A stretch of 59,790 bases of DNA, counting the filler, from Sphacelaria rigidula (Eukaryota): NCBI GenBank assembly GCA_964200075.2. It is 6 parts of 6 records of this genome, joined end to end, with 100 filler letters (N's around TTAATTAATTAA, not from the genome) between each part and the next. Parts side by side here need not be neighbours in the genome. Positions count along the whole stretch, not along the records: positions 19,968 to 29,849 come from CAXNAA020007561.1; positions 29,950 to 39,830 come from CAXNAA020007562.1; 4 more parts are not named here. One strand, given 5' to 3'. The translations under genes were made by a program, and so were the position numbers. The notes under the pieces were generated by a model that saw only the letters and a list, made by a program, of their open reading frames with translations, did no database searches and had not been told where the DNA came from. Below are positions 24,831 through 38,799 of the stretch, one piece after another; positions within the stretch are counted from its first letter, which is position 1, and the number at the start of each line of letters is the position of its first letter.

Positions 24831-27800
24831 ACACACACAGACACACACACAAGCACAATCACAGTGTAGGGTCATGTCCTGTAGCTAGGGTAGACGCGTA
24901 ACAACTCGCGGTCGTTTTGTGACGAGTGACTCTTCATGGTCCCTTTCATGTCCATTTTTGTATGTACGCCTACTCCGCGTTCACAATTTCGCTGTGCTCA
25001 GTGCTGTCGCCTCCTCATTACTGAAAGTAGCGCATTGGTGAACCCAGCCATGCGTCCCCTTCCGTACGCAGACCCCCACCCGTGTCGACCATATAGAACT
25101 GAGTCCGAGCTCACTACGGTCGGGTCTTGTCGGGTGTGGCGCAAATGATGTGGCATAACACTAAGCCCGGTGGATCGCGCCCGCGGGGAAATTTGTAGAG
25201 AGTACTTGTCACGCCATCTGGGAAGCTTTCAGCCCTTGCCTCACAATCTTCGACGGATGTTGGACTGACCTCTTCCTGTCTCGTATACAGAAGCGTAGAC
25301 CTTGTCGTCCACTTTACAGCGATCTTCGAGTACCTCACACCAAAATCATGGTAACTGTTAAAGACTAAGGGACGTGTGATGACGCCCTTATCGGACTCTG
25401 TACATGGCGTAACACCGATGTGGAAAGTTTTGCACCCAATGCACGTTTCACAACCCGGCCAGATGGCCGTCTCCAACGTACGCCACGCTAGCTACCGAGA
25501 CTGCTCTGTGCGGTGAACTGCACTCACCGCTGCGGATATCTGAAAAGCCGGAGTCATGCGCCACTACTGAAAAATTTGGCCCATGTGCCAATCATTTTTC
25601 CCCGCGGCAGACCCTAGAATACCAGCAGACTGCACTTGGGGCGGTACAGATCGACAGATTCGCTTTGTAATTTACCCATCAGATCGCTCCATTTCGCTTG
25701 GTAATCGCCAGGGGAGTACTCTGAAATCAAGTACTAGTGCTTGTGCGCCAGGAGAGTAGTCCCAAACCAAGTGTTGGTGCGGTCTAACTCCTGGCGCGTT
25801 TCAGTCAACTACAGTATCATGGAGAACACAGAATTGTGCACTGAACACAAAAAAGTACAGTACAGTACAGGCGCCCAACGCACGGCACCAGCTAAGTGTC
25901 GCAGCAACGGACAGCGCGTTGTTCGGCTTACCGAAGACGAAAAAGTCTACACACCCATGAAGCTTTCAACAGTGTGCAGCCAGCACTGCGTGCCGACTTA
26001 CATTGTTTCTTGGGGAGACAAACACAGCGACAATATCGCAGCTCATGCAATCCAAACCGTCTTCGCAATGCGTCAACACCCCCAGAATACAAACAGTAAA
26101 AGCTACACACATGAGGAGGGGCGCGAGGGAGTTTTTGCTACTGTACACTGAAGGATACGACCCATTTTTCTCAGTCCTCCGCCTGGTTGTGTACAGATCC
26201 TTATTTTGAGGCGAGTTCTGAGTTCGAGCGTTCAGCCGTAGTAGCCCTTTTTTTAATAATTCATCTTGGGTTACCTTATTATTTCTGTGTGGGAGGTCTG
26301 GCTTGTGAAGCGGGCTTCGCTCGCTCATTGAATTAAGCAGGTTCTGTACTAGTACATCTTCAGTTTGTCGAAACCGATCCCTTTTTCAAAAGATTGCCGA
26401 CATCCAGCAGTTATAAAGATATGGCCCGTTTACGCCCACTCTAGCGGGCACTTGGTCGCGGTGGTTCGTCTCCTGGTGCAAACGTGTGGTTCTGCTCAGG
26501 CTGCAACAAAGCTGGGTCGACAGCCTATCCGTCGCTAGGAAATCGATAATCTTTGTCGCCGGCCATGATCACACGAGCTGCCGTGTGCGGGTACGGTCAA
26601 GATGCTCATCTTCTACAAATGTGTGGGTATTTCCGTCTTGACTCGGTATGTGAATCCTCCATGTAGGTCGAGAAGAGAGTGACGATGGGCAATGTCTCGC
26701 GACGTAATCGACGAGCACATTGCGTGGCCGTACCGCTTCACTTTCAAGTAAGACATATTGAAGTTGAAGTCAACAACGCCGGAGCAGCAGCTCCCTGGGA
26801 AGATCCTGCCCACACCCGCTAGGTCACGTAGCGTATGTCTTCATTCATTTGGCGCATTTTCGTATATTCTCACGTGACCGCACCTGTCTGAGTATGATGT
26901 GATGAATATGAAGAGTGTAGGTCATGATTCTTGATTCTTGCTCGAAACTTTTGTAATGGGGGAAACATGGGCGCTGCTGGTTCTTATCGCACACTTTCAT
27001 CTCTTAATTTCCGTCGCGGGGAAACGAATTCCAAGGTGCAATATTTGCAGCAATGTCTCTGGGCACCACACTGTTACTGGATAAGGACCCCTTATTCGAG
27101 CTTTCTTACCTTGAGCCTTGTGAGCGCAGAAGTATTGCACCAGTACGAATCTTGGGGAGCTTTTGGAAATTGTTGTCTACGAAGAGCTCACAATTTATCC
27201 TCCCACAGCCTTCAACCCCTTTTTTGAAGAAAATAGCTTCCAAACTAAGTGGAGCTCGGAAATGGTACCAGCTATAACTGGCCATCATCACAATGGTAAT
27301 GGCTATGGTTATGGTTATATGAAAAACTGGGATAATGGTCTTGGAACCATTATTCACCGTTACAGGCTTCATAAGCCGTTATCGGCTACGTATGCCGCAT
27401 GCAGCCCTTGAAAAGTGTCCAACGTTAGGTCGAGTGGAGATTACTCAATTGCGAGGTATTGTGTACTTGAGTACGTCTTTCAAGATACCCCGCAATTGAG
27501 TATACTCTACTCGACCTGCCCTTGGAATTGTCCGAAATTTAACCTTTTTTTTACGTGAAGACGTGCCTCTCGCTTGGCGCCTCCGGCGGGAGCCTCTCTA
27601 CCGAGGGGGGCTATTTGGCTCTTTGCTGCGGCGCTCGCCGCTCGATGACCAAATCATCATATACCATTTAACTGGTTGATAAGTGCGCTGCGCGTAACCA
27701 TTCAACTGGTTAATGATAACACAGACCATTTCCGAGCTCTAAAAGTGAGACTATCGTTGAAAGACCTCAAATCACTTCGCACGAATGTTTTCTCCGGAAC

Positions 27801-29068
27801 GTGCATGCTTCCTCCCCATCCCCCAAGAACGGCCACACAACACAGCGTTATGGTCTCGACGGCCCTGTGTAGTGAACGCTATTTACTCCGTGCGATCACA
27901 CCATCATGCAGCCTGCCAGTGGCGACCGGTCACATAGGGAAGAGAAAATAGATGAAGCAGGAGAAAATACGGCATCTTGGATCTTCGAAACCTGATCTCA
28001 TCGCCCTAGAGAAATTCGTGGCCGCAGAGTCTTGACGAAGAGCGTCTAGGGTCGGATTCATGATACACTACAAGGCTGGCCTTGAGAACCACCACTTGCT
28101 AAGTATTTGCCAAGGTCGCACACGTTGCCCAATTCTGGCGTCCATATGTTCGAAAATGCAATCTAGCGTCATTTGTCCGCTTTGGTGAAGGAGGAGAACG
28201 AGGTGTAGCTGCAATACCATCGCGGGCCTATGGTGTAACTGAAGTGTCTTGCGGTTGCTGTGGGCGGAGTCGGAGGTTTGAATTCTTCCGGGTGATTTTT
28301 TTTCCTGCAGTGGTGATTTATCACCACCTCCCAGTTATCGATCCTCAAACACACTGGCCTCGGCGAGACTCGCACCCGTTTCTGTCCTGCTCGCCTCTAC
28401 CGTCTAAATTCCGTCGTTGGAAACGTGAGGGTGTGAGAGGTGAGGAGAAATGTACCATCCGGGAGAACACAAAACGGGAGCGACGTCGGTCACGATTACA
28501 CTCCGTATATTTTCTCCTCAATCCCGTGGCAGTGTTTTGACTTGACCTCGTTGACACGTTCGCCGCCATGAGGACCACCAGCCCGTCGGGAAGGTGGTCA
28601 CCAGTACACGGGTAATGTACTGCTTGCCTCGTGATCCGTACTTGAAGCTTGATCTCGTGTTCGGAAGTGACTCGGAATATTATTCCAACGATATACATCG
28701 ATACGTCACATGTGCGCAGATCTCTTGCTCTCATGATATTCAAACACTACACACAGTATTGAAGACGGCATCAACCTGTGGCTCGAACCCACTACACTCA
28801 GTCATGAGAGGGTTGGCAGCGACAAACCTCTCGTGTCCTTCACCTTGGCAAGCGACATGAGTACACTCCCTGGGGTGTCGTATCCTGAGAAGGGAGAAGA
28901 CAAGAGCACCCACAACACACTATCAAAGAGCCCGTGGCATACAGGACCCGCGATTCCCTTACCCTGTTGACCTTTTTCTTTGTTCTGCGCTGTTTCTTGC
29001 CTCTTCAGATGCGCCTCCACGGCCAAGGCCATCCCTAAGGACAAGGCCATCAAGCGCTTCATCGTGAG
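24420..29068 (+). CDS. RPS26: 40S ribosomal protein S26 (eS26), partial: exon 24420-24484 and exon 29009-29068; later exons not found in window
   Basis: Spliced translation [42 protein letters not shown] matches the eS26 N-terminus (GRGHV..R, PKDKAIK.F.VR). The CG|GTGAGT donor, ctcttcAG acceptor and AG|GTACGG donor are all phase-consistent (phase 2). Confidence 0.95.
24775..24860. repeat. (CA)n microsatellite in RPS26 intron
   Basis: Direct observation. Confidence 0.95.
27425..27523. mobile_element. Internally deleted copy of the 38003-38203 MITE family
   Basis: ggtcgagtggagattactcaattgcg ... cgcaattgagtatactctactcgacctgccct. Confidence 0.65.
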
Positions 29069-29949
29069 GTACGGGAGATTTTTACAGCGCAGTGATTGAA
29101 GTTTGCATATCTGAGTGCCACCTTAGCGATACGATGTTCGTCATGGTCAAGCCCAGTCATGTAGTAGGCTGCATAAAATGACTTGTGTAAACACGAAAAC
29201 ACTGCTGTGTGAAGCTATACTGGTAAAACAAAAAAGATCAGGCCGGCGGCGAAGATAAGAAGCAGAGCAGAGAGCACTCTATTTGTGCCCATGTTATCGA
29301 TGGTGAATGGTCACGGCCGAACGGTCCAATTCAGCTTGGCTACGAGGTGGTCTATCTCGGTCTGTCTGTGGTGAGTATCCTGATCAATGGCAGCCCTCGA
29401 GATGGTCACTTCGCCCCCCTCTCGCCTCATTATTGGGTCGAAATTTTCCGGGGAAACTTGCGAACACGCATGGTCGACTTTAGGAGCTTTTCCGGCTGTT
29501 GTGTAAACAGCTTGACCCACCCCCCAGAAACCCACGGATGTCCCCGAATTATCAGTTGACGAAACTCTCCCGAGGCGACGCTCGCAGTCACGGGGTTGAG
29601 TCTCTACAACGATAATATTCCGGGAAATCCCCGTACACCGTCTTGACACATGTCGAGGACAAACCCTTAGCTCCCCCCCGGGGAGTCTCGAAAGGGATGC
29701 GTGGTCAATGGTCAAATGACTAAGGCAAGCAGCAAATGAGTACGCCCCCCCCCCCCCCCCCCCCCCCACCCCCCCCCCCCACCCCCCCCCCCCCCCCCCC
29801 CGACCCCGCGCACCCCCCCAAAACAGCCCCAACGCCCCCCCCACCCCACNNNNNNNNNNNNNNNNNNNNNNNNNNNNNNNNNNNNNNNNNNNNTTAATTA
29901 ATTAANNNNNNNNNNNNNNNNNNNNNNNNNNNNNNNNNNNNNNNNNNNN

Positions 29950-30035
29950 CATACATACATACATACATACATACATACATACATACATACATACATACAT
30001 ACACATACATACATACGTACAGACATACGTACAGA
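29950..30035. repeat. (CATA)n microsatellite at contig edge
   Basis: Direct observation. Confidence 0.95.
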
Positions 30036-33000
30036 CATGCAGACACTGATGCAGATGCATGAATTTAGCGCTGCCGTTGTAGAACAAACTTGCCCACGAG
30101 ATTTCATCATAGATGCCTATGTACCGGCTCGCTTCTCTGCTTTTTAGCTATAAGCACAGTTTACCCCTTTTTATGTGGTACATCTTTGACTCTGCCGTGT
30201 TAGTATTTGCAACGCCATCGTGTAGTGTTGGCAGCTGAGATTGCCCGCCTGACAGTCTGGCCTCCAGATAGCTTGCGTCGCAATCTGCTTCCTGAGACGA
30301 AAATACGTTGTGAAGGCTGACAACTGAAACGAGGCGCAGTGAGACTGGGGCGTCCCTTAACAGCAGTGATCCCCCACTTCTTCAGGCTGGCGTCATATTC
30401 CACACCATCCCTTTTTCACACAGCCTCCTTACCTGAAGCCCCTCCAGGCGCGAGTCGGGTGGTGTCTCGGAACTGGTATTGTACCAGTGTGTTCTAGGCT
30501 TGCGCCTATGTCAACTTTGCTTCGACCTTTTTTGCATCAAGTCCCCATTCATAAGTTTCCTTCAGCGAATGTTTCTGCGTATTCACCTTGGGCACTTCCA
30601 TATCTTGTGAGCGCGGCTGCATATCTCTCGGATCTCGTGAGTATGCGATTATCAATTCATCAACATCAACTACATCACCCGACACCACGGGTAATGCCCA
30701 AGCACAGCCCGATCCATTCACATCCCGGCCGTCTGATCAGGGCACCACCTGTCCGAGACACTTCTGACGTTCGTGCCCAAGTGCATGTTTCGCAGAGAGG
30801 CAGGCCTACGTCGGCAAACCGGGTCTAGTAGATATGCCAGAACATATGCTCAAGCCGATACAAAATGACGATACCTCCACTGATTTCACAGATAACGACG
30901 GATGCATTGTTAGAGCCAACCTTGAGAGTTCGAGCGAGCCTGATGCCCGGCGGTTAGGCACACCTATCTCATCTGAGGTGATTCACGGTCACAGTTGATG
31001 GACTTGAAGACATCCGGGATTGTGCGTAAGTTCCGATTTCGTGCCTGCGGCGCGCTTGAGTACTCGCTCCGCTTGTCCTACATGTTTTGTTGTCTGAAGG
31101 GTGAGTTTGGGCCACCTACATCGTATTATTTGATTGCTTGAATGTTGTTCAACTTTGATAGCTTCCAATCGTCATGCTTGTTTTCGCGAATCATATTCGC
31201 TTTCTCGTGGGACGTCAAATTTGATGAAGACTATTGTCTTATTTGATTGCAACGAGTCGACCAATTTCGTTGCCGATATTGTCTCACTCGGTTTTTTCAA
31301 ATCGTCGTATTCGATTCGCTAATCTTTGTTCATCAGTTGCCTAAATCATCTTGAAAGGTTTTATTCAGTCGGCTCGTGTATTCGCCTGAAATCGCTGTAT
31401 GTGACTGACTACATCATCGTATTCGATCGTCTAAATCTACCAACTCGATTACCTAAATCGTCCCACTTGCTTGCCTAACTATTCATGTTTCACCTTTTGC
31501 GTCCTTAAATCATCCATCTACCTTGGGTACCGTATTCGTCAACTTCGATGTCCTCAATCATCTGCTACGCCGCGCTTCGCGTGCCTCAGGACAAACATGA
31601 TGTCTACGTCTGCTACGACATCATTCTATACCTTGTCGATCCATAAGGTCACAGGCGATTCCGTAACCGCGTCCAATCCACTACACTCCTGGTCGTCTGC
31701 CGCCGCTCTGTTCTCTCCTTCAGCACGGTCGCCGACACCGCTGCTGCTCCGCCTCCGTTCGGCTATGATGCAGGTCACGGCGTTCTCGAGCTCGGCTGCT
31801 TTATAGGAGACGTATTCCTCGTCGCTGCAAAACATTGGGTCTCGACGATCGCGGGCCCACGTGTGAGAAAGGAACCTGATGATCAACGTCCATGATACGT
31901 GAGCGGTATTTTCAAAAATGATTACCATAGGTACTGAATATCCCACGGCACCCACGTTACATGAGGGACACAGGATACTCACGTATTTCGTCGGCTGAAA
32001 TGTTGAGTTTTTCCAGGGTACCTGGGGTTTGTATGTGTCTAGTGCCGAACGGTCTTCGCGTTCCGGATAAGCTGGCGCAGCGTGCCAAAAACATTGCGTG
32101 CTTCGGGATACACGGGGTGTAGGCTGCTGAGAACACTGAATATACCAGAGTTCCTGGGTATGCATCACTTCCGAAAGTACCAAGATCTCAGGCCACCTGG
32201 GGAATCGGCTGTCGAGAATACCCAGAACTTTCACACCTTCCCGGCTTTACACACGTCTTTTTTCCGCGTATTCATGTGTGTGAACCGATTCGAAGATGGT
32301 TGAGCGAGACCTCACTTTCACCCTTTGGTTCACCGATGATCATGCGTGAGGGCCCATTATTATCGACACTGTCGTTCTTTCGGAGACCTTCGAATTCATT
32401 CGGGGCTGGCAAGGTACCTCATGATTCTCAAATGCGTTTCTACTGCCCCACGATATATCATAGTTTGCCAAACCTCGGTACATACGCGCGGCGCTGTCGA
32501 TACGCCGACTGAGGGGACTGGATCATTTTCAAGAAATAATAAATCCACCATTTCTTTAGGAAACGAAATGAAGTCATGGCCGGTGCACGATTTCAGGGTA
32601 TTTCAAAGTATCGTGACGGACATCTCGGCATGCCTCCTGCTGCCCAAAACCCGGCTGTCGTGTACCACTCGTGACGCGGTCCTTCTCACCAAACCATGTA
32701 TTTCTGCTCTATTTCCCATCAACCAGAAGGATAGCAGATGCCTCTCTCACAATTACCGCAAGTTCTCGATTATTTTGCTCGCGCCTTCCATAACGCCCGG
32801 GTGCTTAAATCGACCACGTGGACCGCGCGCATGTCACGGCGCGCAACGCTTTTCATTTACATGTCAGGCAAGACAAGCCTCAGGCACCAGACGTACGGGG
32901 TAAACAAGCAAGAAAATCACACCGCACGGCAACGCAACCGTACAGATGTCGCGTTTGCTCGACACCGGCAAGGATCCTTGGTACTCTCGATGGCTCCAAT

Positions 33001-34284
33001 CGAAGGGTCTGGCTCGCGTACGCAGCACAAAAATAATGACCGAAGGTAAAACGTTGAGTTGTAGACGACAGAACAAGCCTTCGTCTCATCTGGTACCACG
33101 GATTGACCCTTCAGGACCCGAGGTGTCTCGTCACACGGTGTCGAGACGGTGTACATATTCTTCTGTTATTTGCGGGCTAGGTGGTGCTACACCGATCGCG
33201 TCGGTGGGAGGCAAAAGACGAAGCTGCCAGCGTTCAAAATCTGGCGAGTTGTTTTTGTTCAATTTCCCCTAACGCGTGTCCACTACCTAATCCCACCGCG
33301 CTCACCACCGTGTACACACGGTGTCAGCGGCCAGTCAGGCCTTCCGGGGGGAAAATGTCTTCATTTCAGTGTATGAACATATCGCTGTGTCCCCAGCCTC
33401 CTGCGGGATATATTTTCGGTTATGCTCACACACCCAGCTGTACAATGCACCAAAAACTAAATATATACAGAGCAGCGGGGAAGACTGGGACAACAGCGCT
33501 CACGCGACGACTCAGTGACGCAGCAATAGCAGAATCCTTCTCCGTTGCATACGCCCTCCAGCCACGTCTGGTGATAGTGTGGTCGGGATCGCAAGTCAGC
33601 AGAGGCTACCGTACGTAAAAAGACTACTCGCATAATAAAGACTGCAGCCGTCGCTGGTCTGTCTCTCAGCAAAGGGATGAGCATATTGTTGTCTCGTGAT
33701 TGCTGCTGATCCGAACCCCCCCCAGATACGTCGGTGCTGCTCTGGCATCATGCTGACGAGAGTAACCTCTTTCCATGACAGGTCTGCATATAAATATGCA
33801 TCAAAAGACGGTGCTGCACTGTATGGTGCTGCGGTCCTGTGCTGTGGTACTGTGCTGTGTGCTGCGCGCACGTTGTTGAGTGCGCGGTTGATTGTTTGAC
33901 CTGCAGCATACTGAACATCTTGCATATGGATGACAACGTACGATTAGTTGCCTCATTTTCTCTCTGTGTGTGTGGAGGGTTACTCATGATTCTGCATGCC
34001 GGAGTCATTACACCATAGACCTTGCATCCCTAAGAAGCCGGGACGGAGTACGCCGGGCTTTCGCCGGATCAGACTCGTGGCGAGGAGGGGGGGCAAACGA
34101 TGAATTGGTCGAGTCGCGTGGAGGGTGAGCTGCATCCCACTAAGATCGTTCGGCCCGAAGTGTACTGGTTATCTTGTATATGGATCACAGCTTCGAAATG
34201 AAATGCTTCATTTTCTGGTACCACCACTTTCAGAGATAGCCACGGGTCACACACTGCCTCATGGGTATCTCCGGGCGGGGGGGG

Positions 34285-37200
34285 GAAGGGGGGGGGGGTA
34301 CTCATCTGTTGTTTGCATCTGTCGTTTGGCCATTAACGGCGCATCCCCCTCGAGACGGAGTACCGTTTCTACTCCTAATGGAGACACCTCCAATATTTCG
34401 GCGCTGATTACGTTTCTTCCATACATTACACAAGACTATTTTACACTGCTCATCCCGTTTCTGTTTCGCCGTCTGTGGCCACCATCTATCTCCTAGTACA
34501 GCGATCGTTTTATCGCCCCTGTGTAACGTACCGAACGATATCAGCCACCTTCGTTTCCCTCTCACATTTACCCCTCTCACACATCCCGTTCCTCCTTGTA
34601 AAGTTCACTTTCTCCCGCTACATGACGTCTACTCCCTATTGCTTCGCCACAGGGGTAATTCTGTGCATCTACTTTCTTCTCCCCCCCGACTACTGATATA
34701 CCTCCTCCTTTCTGGCAGAGCCAGGTCCTCTACCCAATATCACACTGTCGACTTTTTGTGTACTCCATTGGGCCGTGCAGTTTCATCCCTATCACCTCTC
34801 TCAAGCCCTCGTACATCTTCAGATGTTCCTCCTCGTCTAATTTCCGTCTTAGCCCCTGTTTTTCCGTACTTCGATCATGTCTCTCGCTTATGCCTTGTAC
34901 CCCCCATATTCACCTATGGACATTATCTCGTCTTGGTTTACTCTTATGTCCTTCCATACTTCCTCGACCTCGCTACCCCACCTTATTCCAGCCTGCCCTT
35001 CCGCTCCTTTCTTCCATACAGCTCTATCAACTCTTGGCTGACAATCTCGTCCTGGCATACTCCTCACGCTATATTGTCATCTCGATCTCCTCCAGTCTGT
35101 TTTTGTTTCAAGTGAGTACATTCCCAATTCTGCCCTCAATACTGTATCACTCGTCGTTGTTGAGCGTCCAAGCTTTTTCTTAGCTACTGCCATCCGTACT
35201 GTTTCCAGTTTCTTCACCACCTTCTCGTTCCCCCCCACAGTTCTCCTGCACATTCCAGCTTTGACACGATCACATTCATCAAAATACGTACCTTAATCCT
35301 TGTACACATCTAGGTGCGAGTCTCTGAGGACCACGTCCATCTGGCCTACATGTGTCTCGAATGTTTTTATTACTTTATTCATGTGCGCATCCCACGAACA
35401 TGTTTTGTGATCTCTACGCCAAGGAATGTATACTGGTCTACGATGGGCAGTTGCGCTTGTCCTCACTTCAAGTTGAAGTCTACCGGGTTTATCTTATCTT
35501 CGTTTCGTACAAATACCGACCATTCGTTTGCGTTCGCTGGCGCTCTCCATCTCCTAGTGTATTCTACACCTCCTCCATTTGTGTCTGCAACCAATCCTTC
35601 GGGTGTTTCTGATGTCCCCACGGGAACATCCGCGAACATCAATCGTGATACCGTTTCTCCCTCCACCTTGACCCCTTGCTCTGCTGCTATTATTGCTGAT
35701 ATCGGGTCATAAATAGATACTTCGAATGAAGTTAGTTATAACGTACATTCTTGTGCAACTCATTGTATAATAGCAACAGATTTCGATATTTTCTCATCCA
35801 GCATCACAGCACTTCTCGCACGTTGTGTTCTTGTCCACTATCCCTCATATCTTTCCTCTGGTCCCAGCTTCCCACAACTTTTTATTTCCACTGCCCATTT
35901 CTCCATACTATGTCAAAGGCCTTCTGTACGTCTGGAAAAACACAATACGTTGTTGACCCCACGTCTTTCCTACCATAAACAATCTTCCCTAACGTGTACA
36001 CATGGTTTACGCAGCTACGATTTGGTCTAGAACCTGCTTACCCCTCCTTCATTGTTTTCCCTTCTCTAGCATCGCTCCCACTCTGTTGTTCATGATGTTA
36101 CAAAACGTTTCACCTACGGGGTTCAGCAGCGTTATCCCTCTATTATTCCCAGTGCCAGCCTTCCCTCCTTTCTTGAAAAGGTTCACTACTTCTGTACTCC
36201 TCCTCTCCACCTCTCGGGTGTGCACTCGTTTTCCCACACCTGATTATACAGCATAACCATCATGGCAATCATTCTCTCTCTCTTCAGAACTCCATTACCC
36301 GTTGCACCTGTCCCTGCTGTCTATCTGTTCTTGACTTTAGCTGCACACTCCTTCACTTCCTCTCTCGTGAACTCTCTATGTAATTGTCTTAAGCCATTAT
36401 CTTCCATTCTTGATATCTGTACATTTGCGTCTGCCTACGCATTGATTTCTTTCTCGAAATCCGCGTCGAACCTCAAATTAGTTGTTGGTGTTCCTAGTTT
36501 CCGGTATTGCTGCGCCAGTACTTGCATAAACATCTCCCACTAACATTACTTCCCTTGCCTTGAAACCTCTGTACATCTTCTGCTATCTGTCCAAACGTCT
36601 TCTGTATACCTTTTGCCGTGCGTTTTGGCCCTGAGGGATATAGATGCTCCCTGCTGAAATTATTTCGTTCCCCGCTCTCCTGGTACCCTTATCCACATGC
36701 TCTCGTCGAATGATGTGTCTTTGATCACTTCTATTTCGTCACACAGGTATTTCTTGGCTAAGAATCCAACTCCCCCCGCTCCCCTACTCCTGCGTGTCTG
36801 TCTCTTCCGCTGTCTCCCCATACATCTGTACTCTCTCCCGCTTCATCCTACTTCCGTCGCACCTTCCTCCCGTGACTCTCGGATTGTCACTCTATCTAGA
36901 TCGCGCTTACTTACTCGTTCGCCTGTCTCTATCCTTTTGCGCTCTTTCGTGGCGAATCCACACACGTTCCACGATCCTGCTTTTATCTCCTTCTTCGAAC
37001 CACTGTCCACCCTTATTTTGTCTACTGTTCTCTCTTCGCCGTTTTTACTTTTATTTTCCGGGGCTCCATTTATTTTTCCGTTTGTGGTTGGGTCCTTGTC
37101 TGTTCGCTTTGGGCTGCTATTTCCCCTCCCCTTTTCCTTGTTGGCGTTCCCTTGTTCCTGCTTCCCTTTTTCTCCCTTTCCCCGAAAGCTACATCTTAAA

Positions 37201-37800
37201 ATCGCTGATCCAGTGGCTATACATACTCTCCCATCCTACCCTTCTAGCCCACGCCGACACTTTTCTTGTCTCCATCCCTCCCCACTCTTCGATCGCTCTC
37301 TGTTTAGAGTGACGCGGAAATGTCCACCCTCTCCTTCCATTTTCCCTTTGCCAAACACTATGGTCCTACTTCATCGCATTTTCCCTTTGAGCTCTATTCT
37401 TGTTATATCGCCAGGAACTCCAAATACCCAGCGCTACTAGTACTTTACCCGTCCACTCTCGTTTTGTCCATCCACCTCCGTCCTTACCGCCCCTCTCTCG
37501 ATCTCTTTCGAGAGTATCTCCAGCTTGTTTGTTCCCAGTTTTGCGGGGGACATAGTCAAGGTACTGGAATATCCCAATCCTAGTACACGTTGAGAGTCTG
37601 GTGTCTCTCGGTCCTTTTGCTGGCTCACCGACACTACATAATGCTTCCAACACGAGCTCGTGGCCTGTAGCCAAGTTCAACACCCTTGACACAAGTACCC
37701 CACGATTGTGCCAGACGATCTGCATCGTAAACAACCAGGCGTCCCACGATCGTATCTTCTATCTTCTTGCCCCACTACTATACTCATTATGTTCCTTCAG
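34285..37800 (-). mobile_element. Degenerate LINE (APE endonuclease + reverse transcriptase), pseudogenised
   Basis: Minus-strand remnants include the APE motifs AGSWNVCGF (~36975) and GSGGVGFLAKKYL...SMWIRV (~36780), the RT N-terminal motif VVNLFKKG...NNRGITLL (36049-36237) and a decayed catalytic region SRLMFADV (~35640). The 3' end is shared with 16960-17172. Many stops and frameshifts are present. The 5' boundary is approximate. Confidence 0.88.
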
Positions 37801-38002
37801 GGAGGTCATTTCCACCGTGTAAGGTTCAAGGGCGGCTTCCATGACACAAAGGATTTCTCACATATCGGCATTTCCAGGACATGATCATTTCCTTCCACTC
37901 CTGTACGCCTCACCATGAGTAGCTACCCTACCAATGCTCCCAGGTAGATCTTTGCTGCCGAAAGCTTGGCCAACGATTCCCGACATTTTGTACTAGATTT
38001 CG

Positions 38003-38203
38003 AGGGCAGGTCGAGCAGAGCATACTCAATTGCGGGGTATTTCGAAAGACGTACTTTGGGTACTCAAATTAGGGTAGAGTGTTACGAGTCGCACCCGAAA
38101 AATAACTGGAAATCGATCCCTAAAACCCCACTCCCAATTTGTCTACTTTAAGTGCGACTTCCAAAAAATACCGCAATTGAGTATACTCTGCTCGACCTGC
38201 CCT
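38003..38203. mobile_element. MITE with ~38-bp terminal inverted repeats
   Basis: agggcaggtcgagcagagcatactcaattgcggggtat pairs with ataccgcaattgagtatactctgctcgacctgccct. Confidence 0.8.
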
Positions 38204-38799
38204 TGCTAGCTTTTATCCTCCACGATCTCAAGATAGCCACGTACCGCTTGGTGCTCCTTTTTTTTACCAGGCAACCATTGGCAAGTGCTTGTTTCATAAA
38301 TGCAGTAGGTCTTGACGTATTCATCATGCAGCATTCACGCCTTCCCTTCATTTGAAGCCAGTGCACCTAATGGCGGGAGATTTAGGATGATGTCTGACCA
38401 AATTTCCACCGCCCAATGAAAATCGGTATGGTCTCTCGGGTATTTTTCCACGAGACCCCACCTTCATGTGAATTCAATATGTCGGGGTAACCTTATTCTG
38501 TCTGTACCTGTTCGTATATGTGTACTTTCGATAGTGCATACTCACATGTCTGCGTTTTGGTGGTGCTTTTATGCCTCACGTTCGTTTGCGATGTGAGGGG
38601 CAGAATATATATATATATTTTCGTTTTGATATGGAAAACTAAAGTCGTTATTTCCGTCATTTCACCTCTATATCTGGTCTGTGTTCTAATAATAAGCTTC
38701 GTTGCTTCATGTCTATACCCGGGCTGTATTCTAGTTAGTCAAGAAAAGACGGTCATCTTACGAGCTGGGCCGGCCTAGACACAAGTTTGTGGTTTGCAG

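Noticed and set aside
36697..37440. 247-aa hydrophobic plus-strand ORF (and similar ORFs at 16212-16715 and 34639-35183)
   Set aside because: Antisense shadows of the purine-rich LINE strand, not membrane proteins.
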